64,000 bases of DNA from Patescibacteria group bacterium (GTDB taxonomy: Bacteria; Patescibacteriota; Minisyncoccia; Phycocordibacterales; UBA9973): NCBI GenBank assembly GCA_040390725.1, contig JAZJXT010000005.1:13301-77300 (forward strand), read 5' to 3'. The position numbers and the translations under genes are program-made. The notes under the pieces are model-generated. The model ran no database searches and was not told the origin of the DNA. It saw only the letters and a list, made by a program, of their open reading frames with translations. The first letter of the stretch is position 1. Every line of letters starts with the position of its first letter. Below are positions 7,853 to 18,200 of this stretch, piece by piece.

Positions 7853-9787
7853 CTATATTAATACATAATCTATTGTTTTCTTTTCCAGGTCGGCGCTCTT
7901 TACTTTTATTTTGACCTTGCCTCCGAGTTTATATATTTTTTTCTTTTTTTCTCCGATGAGTTCCATTTTTTTCTCATTGAAAACATAAAAATCATCCGAG
8001 AGGTCTCGCACGCGGACGAGCCCTTCGCATTTTGTTTCCAATTCTTCCACATATACGCCCCATTCTGTTATGCCACTGATTACACCTTCGAAAGTTTTGC
8101 CGATGCGTGAAGACATATATTCCACCTGTTTGTATTTGATGGATGCGCGTTCGGCATCTGATGCGCGTTTTTCTTGGTCAGAAGATTTACGGGAAAGTTT
8201 TTCATATTCTTCAAATTTATTCGGACTTATTTTTTTACCGGACAAATAATCCGCGAGTAAGCGATGCACCATGACATCCGGATAACGCCTGATAGGGGAG
8301 GTGAAGTGTGTGTAGTATTCGAATGCGAGTCCATAGTGTCCGATATTTTTTGTAGAGTAAATCGCTTTTGCCATAGAGCGTATCATGGCTCTGCTCACGG
8401 CATCCTTTTCGGCTTTACCTGTGAGATTTTTTAAAATGTTATTCATTTCATATGAAGGAATAATTCCATTTTTCAATGATACTTTTTGCCCTAAACTTCG
8501 CAGGAAAAAAGCCAAGTCCTCCATTTTTTCTTTCGATGGCTCATCATGTATTCTATACACAAATACGCCTTCTTTTTTTGTAGCTTTTGCTAGTTTTTCC
8601 GCGACTTTTCTGTTTGCTAAAAGCATAAATTCTTCGATCAATTTATTTGAATCTCCGCGTTCTTTTTTGATAACTTTTATCGGTACGCCTTTTTCATCGA
8701 GGACGAATTTTACTTCTTCTTGTTCGAGAGACATTGCGCCCTTGGCGAATCTTTCTTTTGTTAAAAGTTTCGCTAGGTTATTTAAAATTAAAAGTTCTTT
8801 ATGCAGAGGCGCCGTGGATTTTTTTATTGATTCTTCTGCGTCTTCATAGCTGAATCTTTTTTTAGAATGTATCACAGTGCGTCCAAACCACTCATTTTTT
8901 ACTTGAGCGTTTTTATCTAGTGTGAATACAGCGCTCATAGTGAGGCGGTCTTTGTTTGGCACTAAGGAACATAAATCATTTGAAAGAATTTCCGGAAGCA
9001 TCGGTATCGTGCGGTCTACGAGGTAAACAGAAGTTCCACGTTCACGTGCTTCTTCATCGAGCTCACTGCCTATTTTTACATAATGCGAGACATCGGCTAT
9101 GTGTACGCCGACTTCAACATCTCCACCAGCTAATTCTAAAAAAGAAATAGCATCATCGAAATCTTTTGCATCGCTCGGGTCAATAGTGAAAGTTAAAATT
9201 TTTCGAAAATCACGTCTGCCGACAAAATCTTTTTCTGAAATTCCTTGTTGTTTTATTTTTTCCGCTTCAGTATTTACTTTATTTGGTAGTTCCGCTGCGA
9301 AACCTTTTTCCAAAGCTATCGCATGCATTTCCACATTATTATCGCCAGGACGTCCTAAAATTTTTACGACTTTTCCTTCGGGTGCTTTGCGTGGATCTTG
9401 CCAAGAAGTTATTTCAACAAAAACTTTTTGTCCTATTTTTGCTCCATTTAGATTTTTATCATGAATTAAAATATCCGTGTACATTTTTGTGTCGTCCGGT
9501 TTCAAGAAAAACATCGAATTTTCTTTTTCTAAAACTCCCGCGAAGCCAATCTTTGCGCGAGAGATTATTTTTACAACTTCGGCTGATTGTCTGCCTTTAC
9601 CCTTTGGATGCAAAATTATCTGCACAGTGTCGCCATGCAGGGCAGTCTTTAGATGCTTATAGTCTATTTCCGGATCTTCACCATTTTTGGTCTTTGTGCC
9701 GTCAATTTTGACATACCCTGTGCCTTTTGAGGTAATAGATATAATGCCTTCCAGTGTATTATGCTTATGTTTATTTTCCTTTTTCAT
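7853..9787 (-). CDS. rnr: Ribonuclease R
   Basis: TIDPSDAKDFDDA, HIADVSHYV, YTHFTSPIRRYPD, C-terminal S1; start taken as MKKENK at 9787. Confidence 0.95.
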   Translation of the reverse strand: MKKENKHKHNTLEGIISITSKGTGYVKIDGTKTKNGEDPEIDYKHLKTALHGDTVQIILHPKGKGRQSAEVVKIISRAKIGFAGVLEKENSMFFLKPDDTKMYTDILIHDKNLNGAKIGQKVFVEITSWQDPRKAPEGKVVKILGRPGDNNVEMHAIALEKGFAAELPNKVNTEAEKIKQQGISEKDFVGRRDFRKILTFTIDPSDAKDFDDAISFLELAGGDVEVGVHIADVSHYVKIGSELDEEARERGTSVYLVDRTIPMLPEILSNDLCSLVPNKDRLTMSAVFTLDKNAQVKNEWFGRTVIHSKKRFSYEDAEESIKKSTAPLHKELLILNNLAKLLTKERFAKGAMSLEQEEVKFVLDEKGVPIKVIKKERGDSNKLIEEFMLLANRKVAEKLAKATKKEGVFVYRIHDEPSKEKMEDLAFFLRSLGQKVSLKNGIIPSYEMNNILKNLTGKAEKDAVSRAMIRSMAKAIYSTKNIGHYGLAFEYYTHFTSPIRRYPDVMVHRLLADYLSGKKISPNKFEEYEKLSRKSSDQEKRASDAERASIKYKQVEYMSSRIGKTFEGVISGITEWGVYVEELETKCEGLVRVRDLSDDFYVFNEKKMELIGEKKKKIYKLGGKVKIKVKSADLEKKTIDYVLI

Positions 9788-9852
9788 ATTCTTAATATAG
9801 CATATTTTCATTATTTTGTTGCATTTTATAAATAATATGCTAAACTCATTCT

Positions 9853-10161
9853 ATGTTAAAAATAAGGTTACAGAGAATAGGCAGAAAGAACGATCCGGCT
9901 TTTCGGGCGGTTTTGACTGATTCCAAGAACAGTACAAAGAGCGGAAGATTTTTGGAGATAGTCGGTACCTACAATCCAAAGGCAGGGGAGACTAATTTTA
10001 AAGCTGAAAGAATACAATACTGGATGTCAAAAGGCGCAAAGCTTTCTGACACAATGCATAATTTCCTAGTTCACCAAAAAGTTATCGAAGGCAAGAAAGT
10101 AAATGTTTTGCCAAAAAGAAAACCTACTCTAAAAAGAAAAGAATTAAAGGCTAAGAAATAG
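9853..10161 (+). CDS. rpsP: 30S ribosomal protein S16
   Basis: MLKIRLQRIGRKNDPAFR...GRFLEIVGTYNP. Confidence 0.97.
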   Translation: MLKIRLQRIGRKNDPAFRAVLTDSKNSTKSGRFLEIVGTYNPKAGETNFKAERIQYWMSKGAKLSDTMHNFLVHQKVIEGKKVNVLPKRKPTLKRKELKAKK

Positions 10162-10251
10162 TTTGCAAAAAATACTTTACTCGGATATAATTCTATGAGC
10201 AGTTATTTAGTCGTACGCTGCAAACATTAAAAATAGATACGCTGAAACACT

Positions 10252-10584
10252 ATGCAAGACGCTGATAAGGTATTTCTTGAATATGTAGTAAAAGCTCTTG
10301 TTGATAATCCGAACGATGTGAAAATCGATCGTGCTGTCGATGAAATGGGCGTGCTCATTTCTCTTACTGTGAATCCTGCCGATATGGGCAAGATCATCGG
10401 AAGAATGGGTAACACTGCAAAGGCCATCCGCACTCTTCTCCGAGTTATCGGAATGAAGAATAACGCTCGCGTGAATTTAAAGATCAACGAGCCGGAAGGG
10501 TCTACAAGACCAGAGAGGCCTGCGAGCTCTATGAGTTCAACAAGAACAGTAGACCAAGCAATGGAAGATTTGAAAGGAATATAA
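10252..10584 (+). CDS. khpA: KH-domain RNA-binding protein KhpA
   Basis: DMGKIIGRMGNTAKAIRTLL KH motif; canonical position after rpsP. Confidence 0.9.
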   Translation: MQDADKVFLEYVVKALVDNPNDVKIDRAVDEMGVLISLTVNPADMGKIIGRMGNTAKAIRTLLRVIGMKNNARVNLKINEPEGSTRPERPASSMSSTRTVDQAMEDLKGI

Positions 10585-10588
10585 AAAT

Positions 10589-10696
10589 TAGTTGCTAGTG
10601 CCTAGGTACTAGTTTCTGGCGAAAAACTCGAGATGTCTCGGGTTTTTTGTTTGCTTTTTTTACTAGAACCTATAAACTAGAACCTATAACCTAATT
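10589..10696. repeat. Inverted heptamer arrays enclosing an intrinsic terminator
   Basis: TAGTTGC TAGTGCC TAGGTAC TAGTTTC ... AAAAACTCGAGATGTCTCGGGTTTTT ... TAGAACC TATAAAC TAGAACC TATAACC. Confidence 0.78.
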
Positions 10697-11356
10697 ATGC
10701 GTTTTCATATAATCACAATTTTCCCCGAGGCATTTGATTCTTATTTAAAAGAGTCTATTGTCGGGCGGGCGATAGAGAATAAAAATATTTCTGTGAAGTT
10801 TTATAACCCGCGAGATTTTATAAAAGCTCCAAAGAATAATTATAAACCTGTTGATGATAAGCCTTACGGCGGAGGTCCGGGTATGGTGATGAGGGCAGAG
10901 CCTATCTTGCTTGCTGTCACCAAAGCACTTTCAAAAATAAAAAATAAAAAAAGTAAAATTTTAACTGTTAATTTTATTCCATCTGCAGAAAAATTTACTA
11001 CAAGTGTGGCAAAAAATATTTCAAAAAAATATACGGACGTTATTTTAATTTGTGGTAGGTATGAAGGTATAGATGCGCGAGTGGATAAAATTTTGAAGAC
11101 TAAGAAGTTTTCAATCGGGGATTATGTTTTGACCGGCGGGGAATTGCCAGCAATGGTTTTAGTAGATTGCATTTCCCGACAAATTCCCGGAGTTTTAGGT
11201 AAATATGAATCACTTGAAGAAGAAAGAATTTCGAGCAGTGAAGTTTATACGAGACCGGAAATTTTAAAATACAAAAACAAAAATTACAAAGTGCCGAAAG
11301 TTTTACTTTCTGGTAATCACAAACTCATAGATGAGTGGAAGAAAAATAATTCCTAA
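10697..11356 (+). CDS. trmD: tRNA (guanine37-N1)-methyltransferase
   Basis: VDDKPYGGGPGMVM, CGRYEGIDAR, SIGDYVLTGGE. Confidence 0.97.
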   Translation: MRFHIITIFPEAFDSYLKESIVGRAIENKNISVKFYNPRDFIKAPKNNYKPVDDKPYGGGPGMVMRAEPILLAVTKALSKIKNKKSKILTVNFIPSAEKFTTSVAKNISKKYTDVILICGRYEGIDARVDKILKTKKFSIGDYVLTGGELPAMVLVDCISRQIPGVLGKYESLEEERISSSEVYTRPEILKYKNKNYKVPKVLLSGNHKLIDEWKKNNS

Positions 11357-12138
11357 ACTTTTATTCCGTATTTTTTTATAACTTCTAAAATTTCATCGTG
11401 CACGAGTCCGTTTGAGGCGAGCTGTCCGGCGACTTTTTGGTCATAACGAGTATTTTGTCCAAAAAGGTCGGTGGCTTTTCCGCCGGCTTCTTCGACTATT
11501 ATTTGAATAGCTGCCGTATCGTGCGGGTCTTTGCCTCCGAATAGAATTGCCGAGAATTCTCCCGCGCCTACCAATGCGCCCATGTAATCTATCGAAAGTC
11601 CGGTCACTAAACGCACACCGCGTTCACGCAATGCTTCACCGACGGGGAAAAGATTGATAACCCCTGCAGACCATTTGCCTATGCCGATGACTGTTTTTTG
11701 AACGCTAGGGGAAGCAGAAACTTTTATTGTTTCGCCGTTTAGTGTCGCGCCTTTGCCTTTTTCTGCGAAATAAATTCTATTTAAAAATGGGTCACAAATA
11801 ACGCCGAGTATCGGAATGCCATCTTGCACTAATGCTAAAGCAAAAGCCGATGTAGGTATGCCGTGTGCGAAATTATGCGTGCCGTCCACAGGGTCGCAAA
11901 TCCAAGCGTATTCACTTTTTTGTAAGATATCTTCCGCCTCTTCGGAAAGGATGCTGTGGGTAGGGAAATGCTCGGTGATTTTTTTTACCACGATTTCGTT
12001 GATAGCTGTATCAGTCTCTGTTACCGGCGAATGGTCTTCTTTCCATTCCTTTTTCATACCCATCATAAAATTCTTGCGCATAATTTCACCCGCTTCTTTT
12101 GCCAATTCCAAAGCCACTTTTTTATATTCTGAATCCAT
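11353..12138 (-). CDS. Inositol monophosphatase family protein (SuhB-like)
   Basis: PVTETD, ILSEE, WICDPVDGTHNFAHG, HDTAA. Confidence 0.9.
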   Translation of the reverse strand: MDSEYKKVALELAKEAGEIMRKNFMMGMKKEWKEDHSPVTETDTAINEIVVKKITEHFPTHSILSEEAEDILQKSEYAWICDPVDGTHNFAHGIPTSAFALALVQDGIPILGVICDPFLNRIYFAEKGKGATLNGETIKVSASPSVQKTVIGIGKWSAGVINLFPVGEALRERGVRLVTGLSIDYMGALVGAGEFSAILFGGKDPHDTAAIQIIVEEAGGKATDLFGQNTRYDQKVAGQLASNGLVHDEILEVIKKYGIKV

Positions 12139-12199
12139 CTTTTTATTATAGCATTTATTTCAGTTTTTTTAAATTTTTGTTATACTTAACAGATTAAAA

Positions 12200-12964
12200 A
12201 TGAAAACAGCACTTATTTTATCGGGCGGGGGATGCGATTGCGCTTTTGGCGGAGGTTTTGCTGTTGCCCTTGGGCGTGAGCTTGGGCTAGCACCGGATGT
12301 TGTTATTGCTGGATCTGGTAGTGCAGGCACAGCAGCGTATTTTTGTGCAAGACAATTCGATGAAACTGAAAGAATATGGACAAATCATGTCGCGTCTAAG
12401 TTGTTAATTAATAAGCTGAGGTTTAATCGAATAATGAATATCGATTATTTAATTGATGTTATTTTTAAAAAATTAGAACCGCTTGATGTAGAAAAATTAA
12501 AAAAATCTAAAACGAAATGCATCATAGCTGCGACAAAGAAAAAAGACGGTTTGGTAACTTTTTTTGATGATTGGAATAAGTTTGATATTTTTGAAGTTTT
12601 GCGAGCGACAAAATCAATTCCGTATATTTGTAATCGGGGAGTAAAAGTTGGGAATGAAATTTATGAAGACTCTATACATTCTTCAGGAGTGCGTTTTTTG
12701 GAAAATGATATTGATTTGCATGTTTATGATTGTCTTATAATTATTGAGAATGGCAAAAATACTTGGGTGCAAAAATTACTAGGAGCTAAGAAGCCGTATT
12801 TTCCAAAACACCACAATATCTTATATATAAAAAATGACACAAAACTTAATTTTTCTATAATAAATAATTCTGAAAAATTCCTCAAAAAACAATTTACAAA
12901 AGGCTACAACGCGTGCATGGAAAATAAGGAAAAAATAAAAGGTTTGAATTTAAACATCATATAA
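12200..12964 (+). CDS. Patatin-like phospholipase
   Basis: LSGGG oxyanion loop, GSGSAG nucleophile region, variant D-S-I in place of DGG. Confidence 0.8.
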   Translation: MKTALILSGGGCDCAFGGGFAVALGRELGLAPDVVIAGSGSAGTAAYFCARQFDETERIWTNHVASKLLINKLRFNRIMNIDYLIDVIFKKLEPLDVEKLKKSKTKCIIAATKKKDGLVTFFDDWNKFDIFEVLRATKSIPYICNRGVKVGNEIYEDSIHSSGVRFLENDIDLHVYDCLIIIENGKNTWVQKLLGAKKPYFPKHHNILYIKNDTKLNFSIINNSEKFLKKQFTKGYNACMENKEKIKGLNLNII

Positions 12965-13148
12965 AAAAACTGCCTAAGCCTTGCTTCGGCAGAAAATGCT
13001 TGACGGTTTGGATATCCCATGATAAGTTATTTGTGGTTTTAGTTATTTGAAATAAGTATTTAATTGGTTGAATGAGTTTAGTTTGGTATTTCAGTACGTA
13101 TTGGAATTTCGAGCTAAATTCGTTCAATTTTTTTTACTTAAACATATT

Positions 13149-13682
13149 ATGCAACCTATTAACTATTTTACCTCCTTTGAGGCAGCGAAAAAAGATTTTT
13201 TGGAATCTGAAAATGATTTCATAAAAAAAATATTAGCAATTCAAAAACTCACTAGGCTTGCCTGTGAAATCAACGAAAATGGCTATGACATTGCTCTTTG
13301 TAAGCTTTTTAAAAAAGAAGCGGAAAACGAAAATCAACCCGTTGTTTTCCAGGAATTGTTCAGCAGTCTGACTGGCTCAGTTGGCCGTAATATTCAAGGG
13401 TTACAGATTTTAGCCTTATGTTATAGGGAAATTGGGATCACGATTGATTCTTTCGCAGATTTGTTACTTATTCTCAGTGCTAAAAAGAGTTCTGGAGAGG
13501 ATATCCAGAGAGTATTAAGCCCCTTAGAGCAAGATCCTTTCTTTAGGGGTTTGATTGAAAATGTTAATCAAGCTCTGAGGGTAGTAAGCGCACCATTTTT
13601 ACCAATAGTGTGTGTTACTAAGTCTTTTGCATGGGATTCTTATTTGGCAAAAGAGGAAAGAACTGTAGTTGGCATGAACTAA
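13149..13682 (+). CDS. Hypothetical protein (ORFan)
   Basis: Open frame 13068-13682, ATG at 13149 preferred; promoter-like TTGACG upstream and terminator hairpin downstream. Confidence 0.65.
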   Translation: MQPINYFTSFEAAKKDFLESENDFIKKILAIQKLTRLACEINENGYDIALCKLFKKEAENENQPVVFQELFSSLTGSVGRNIQGLQILALCYREIGITIDSFADLLLILSAKKSSGEDIQRVLSPLEQDPFFRGLIENVNQALRVVSAPFLPIVCVTKSFAWDSYLAKEERTVVGMN

Positions 13683-13812
13683 TAAAAAATGTATTTTAAA
13701 AACACCTCGGAATATTCCGGGGTTATTTTTTTATTTCCTTTTCAAGATTTGCGTTAGGCAAGACCTAACGCAGAAAATTTGCTCACTTTCTTAAACGTGA
13801 TATACTTTCATT

Positions 13813-14001
13813 ATGAATACTTTAGTAATGAAAAAAGTCAATAATCAAATCAAAGCTCTTGTTTCAAGCGCAGTTTTTGATGTTTTCAATGATCCCGATT
13901 TTGGTCTTGCATTGAGCACTAAAGCAAAAAATAGATTATCTAATTCTTCTAAAAATAATAAAACTCTCTCACTTAGTCAGCTTAAGAAAAAATACTTATA
14001 A
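13813..14001 (+). CDS. Putative type II antitoxin
   Basis: 62-aa ORF directly upstream of RelE (1-nt gap); DPDFGLAL...LSQLKKKY pattern. Confidence 0.7.
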   Translation: MNTLVMKKVNNQIKALVSSAVFDVFNDPDFGLALSTKAKNRLSNSSKNNKTLSLSQLKKKYL

Positions 14002-14002
14002 A

Positions 14003-14272
14003 ATGTCCGAATGGACTGTTGAATTTACAGAGGAAGCAGACAAGGATATTTCTATGTTGGATAAATCTATTCGCAGGCGTATTTTAGAAAAGCTTGATTG
14101 GCTTGAGAAAAATTTCAGCGGAGTTTTACCTACGGTTCTCACTGCTGACTTTCGTGATTATTTTAAGTTGCGAGTAGGGGATTGGCGTGTTTTCTATCAA
14201 GTGGATTGGTATAGAAATATAATTACTGTTAAATATATAGATCACAGAAGTAAGGCTTATAAGAAAAAATAA
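14003..14272 (+). CDS. RelE/ParE family toxin
   Basis: WTVEFTEEADKDISMLDKSIRRRI...FKLRVGDWRVFY...IDHRSKAY. Confidence 0.9.
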   Translation: MSEWTVEFTEEADKDISMLDKSIRRRILEKLDWLEKNFSGVLPTVLTADFRDYFKLRVGDWRVFYQVDWYRNIITVKYIDHRSKAYKKK

Positions 14273-14328
14273 AAATTTCCTTACGTTGTTAATTTGTTTA
14301 AATTTCTATTTTTTAGTATATTTACTAT

Positions 14329-15036
14329 ATGACATTCCCAAATCCAAATTTAAACCCTGCTTCTTCGGGAGACAATAAAAATTTTGAGAATATTAAGCTC
14401 ACGCCGGAGTATTTTGCCGAACTTTTATATTGGTCGTTTCATCTTTCACAGAACAATGTTCCCTTACAACATAATTATTTTAAGTATCTTCATATTGTTC
14501 ATCCTGACTGGAGAGCTTCAGATGAATTAGCGAATGTTGGTAAAGAAAAATTAAAAGAGAAATTGGGGGATTTTCCTCATTCTCATAAAAATCACACTAA
14601 AGATTCAGGAGATGCTTTTAAAAGAGCAGTTGATTTAGAAATTCATAGACAGCCCTTACATTTAAGAGATAATTTAAATGGAGAAATTCTAAAGTTAGAA
14701 TTTTCTAAAAAACCGCGAGGTAATTCACTTGAAAGTTTATTAATAGAGTCTGCCGAAATGATTATTGACCAAGATTCCCTTTATATAATAAAAGGAAGGC
14801 CGAACAGAGAAGGCAAGCCGTATGAGAGTCAGTTTTGTAATTATGTTTTACTCGGTAAAAAAACGGCTATACCTGAATACGATGATATGTTTTTGAAAAT
14901 GAAAGATCCTTTTATATTAAAAATGTTGGTTGCAGAAAAGACTGCTTTGGTTCGCGATGTAATAATTGCTCACAATAAAGATCATCCAGATAAGCGTGTA
15001 AAGATAGAAGGTTTAAAGTTAGATATAGAAATTTGA
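14329..15036 (+). CDS. Hypothetical protein (ORFan)
   Basis: 235-aa ORF with a leaderless-type -10 upstream; no family recognised. Confidence 0.65.
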   Translation: MTFPNPNLNPASSGDNKNFENIKLTPEYFAELLYWSFHLSQNNVPLQHNYFKYLHIVHPDWRASDELANVGKEKLKEKLGDFPHSHKNHTKDSGDAFKRAVDLEIHRQPLHLRDNLNGEILKLEFSKKPRGNSLESLLIESAEMIIDQDSLYIIKGRPNREGKPYESQFCNYVLLGKKTAIPEYDDMFLKMKDPFILKMLVAEKTALVRDVIIAHNKDHPDKRVKIEGLKLDIEI

Positions 15037-15060
15037 CTTTTTTCCAGAAAGGAGTATACT
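15033..15060 (+). promoter_or_regulatory. Promoter of the rpoBC operon
   Basis: TTGACT-16 bp-TATACT about 175 nt upstream of rpoB. Confidence 0.6.
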
Positions 15061-15237
15061 TGATTTATTGGTAGATTGAGTTTCGGATGTACTCCAATAT
15101 TGTATTTATTATTAGGTTTTTAATAGTATTAATATCGTCCGAATTACATATAGTTTAAAAGATTAAAAAAAGCTTTTTAGCTTTTCTTTTGCTTTTTTTG
15201 CTCTAATTTCACTATTGTTTTTTGGCATTTTATAAAA

Positions 15238-18200
15238 ATGCACACAACAACGAAGCGTCCGAAGAAAGTTTTCTCTAGGTACAAGAAGCCTTTGATACCG
15301 TTCCCGAATTTAATAGAACCTCAAGTCAGGTCTTTTAAATGGTTGGTGGAAAAAGGCATAGGAGAAGTTTTTAAAGAATTTTCTCCGATAATGGATTATT
15401 CCGGAAAAAAGTTTCAACTCGAGTTCACATCTTTCTCTCTAGGTGAAGCGAAGTGCGACGAGAATCATGCAAAGGTAAACAAGCTTTCTTATGAAGGACT
15501 TTTGAAAGCGCGTGTGAAGCTCACAAATAAAGCATTGGGAACTGTAAAAGAACAAGAAATTTTCATGTCCGAAATGCCTTTGATGACGGCGCATGGAACT
15601 TTCATCATCAATGGAGTCGAGCGTGTCATCGTGCCACAGCTCGCACGAAGTTTCGGAGTATTCTTTACAGAATCCGAAAGTAAAGGAAAAAGATATTTCG
15701 GCGCAAAGATGATACCGGCTCGTGGAGTTTGGATAGAAATAGAATCCGAATCTGACGGAGCTATTTATGTGCGTATAGACAAAAAAAGAAAATTCCCGGC
15801 AACAGCATTGCTACGAGTTATGGGCTTCTCCACTAATGAAGAAATAATGAAAGCTTTTAGCGGTACACCGGCATTGGAAGAAGCCATAAAGGCATCCCTT
15901 GCAAAAGATACGGCAAAGACTTTGAGTGATTCATACATTGATATCTATAAACGTCTTCGAGATGGCGACATGGCTACTCCGGATAATGCGAAAGAATTTA
16001 TAAATTCTCTTTTTACTCCTGAGAGGTATGACCTTTCTCCTGTCGGACGTTTTCGTTTTAATAATCGTTTTGAAAAATCCACAGAAGAAGCAGAACTTGC
16101 TCGCAGGACTATTTCCAAAGAAGACTTGGTAACTGTATTGAAAAATATTATTGATTTAAATAATACTCCAGGTGCAAAGGCAGACGACATAGATCATTTG
16201 GGTCAGAGACGTGTGCGTTTTGTCGGTGAAATGCTCCAGCAAAAAGTCCGCACAGGTATGATGCAAATCAAGAGAAATATTCAAGACAGAATGTCCACTA
16301 TCGATACTGATACTGCTATGCCGATACAAATAATAAATCAACGCCCGCTCCAAGCTCGCATAAAAGAATTCTTCACTACAAACCAACTCTCACAATTCAT
16401 GGCGCAGGAAAATGTCCTTTATGAAATGGAGCACTTAAGAACTCTTTCAGCTCTTGGGCCCGGCGGTCTCACTCGTGAACGCGCAGGACTCGAAGTCCGT
16501 GACGTGCACCCTTCGCACTATGGTAGAGTTTGTCCTATTCATACACCGGAAGGTCCGAACATCGGTCTTATTTTACACATGGCGACTTATGCTAAAATAA
16601 ACGATTTTGGAATAATTGAAACTCCTTATATAAAAGTTAAAAATGGAAAGATCACTGCTGAAATACAATACTTGAACGCTCTCGAAGAAGAAAAATATAA
16701 CATAGCGCATGCCGGAGTTGCCTATGATGAAGATGGAAAAATAACAGAAGCAAAAGTAGCGGCTCGCGTGAAAACTCAGCCGGGTATGATAGCGCGTGAA
16801 GAAGTTGATTTTATAGACGTTGCTACAAACCAAGCTTTCTCTATCGCCACATCGATGGTGCCTTTCTTGGAACACAATGATGCAAACAGAGCACTCATGG
16901 GAAGTAATATGCAGAAGCAAGCAGTTCCTTGCGTATTGCCTGAGGCGGCATTGGTCGCGACAGGTATTGAGGAATTAGCATCTCGAGATTCAGGACGTTT
17001 AGTGATATCAGAAGAAGAAGGTACTGTGTCATATGTTGATGCGAAAAAAATAACAGTAAAAGGGAAATCAGAAAAAGATAAAACATACAACCTCGTAAGC
17101 TTTTTGAGAAATAATAATTTCTCTGCTTTTCACCAGCGCCCAGCGGTAAATGTCGGTGATAAAGTTAAAAAGGGCGAAGTATTGGCTGATACTTCCAGTA
17201 CAGTAGATGGACAGATTGCACTCGGACAAAATATTTTTGTTGCGTTTTTGTCTTGGTCCGGATCAAACTATGAAGATGCTATAATTGTTTCTGAAAGATT
17301 GGTAAAGAAAAGTAAATTCACTTCTATTTATGTCGAAGAATTTATTTGTGTTGTTCGTGACACAAAGCTCGGGCCCGAAATAACTACTCGTGATATTCCG
17401 AATGTCGGAGAATTGAAATTAAAAGATTTGGATGAAGACGGCATCGTGCGTGTCGGAGCGGAAGTCCGTGAGAATGATATTTTGGTTGGAAAAATTACTC
17501 CAAAAGGGGAGACAGAACTAACTCCGGAAGAAAGATTGCTCCGTTCTATCTTTGCTGAAAAAGCTCGTGATGTAAAAGACGCATCACTCCGAATGGAATA
17601 CGGAAAAAGAGGACGCATCATAGGCGTAAAGATTTTCTCCAGAGACCTCGGTCATTCATTGGAAGCGGGAATAATTAAAAAAATAGTTATAGAAGTAGCT
17701 CAGATTAGAAATATTTCTGTCGGAGACAAGCTCGCAGGAAGACACGGAAACAAAGGTGTTATCTCTACTATTTTACCGGAAGAAGATATGCCTTACATGG
17801 CAGATGGTACACCGATAGATATTATTCTTTCACCGCTCGGTGTTCCTTCTCGTATGAACTTGGGGCAGATTTTGGAAATGCATTTGGGTATGGCTGCAAA
17901 CACTTTGGGTTATCAAGCAATAGTTCCACCATTTTTGAGTGCTACAAATGAAGAAATAAAAGAAGAATTAGTCAAAGCCGGATTGCCGGAAAATGGCAAG
18001 GTAAAACTTTTTGATGGACGCACCGGAGATTCTTTTGAACAAGATATTGCTGTCGGATATATGTATATGTTGAAACTGCACCACATGGTGGAAGACAAGA
18101 TACACATGCGTTCGATTGGTCCCTACTCGCTCATCACTCAACAACCGCTCGGAGGTAAAGCTCAAGGCGGAGGACAGAGATTCGGAGAAATGGAAGTCTG

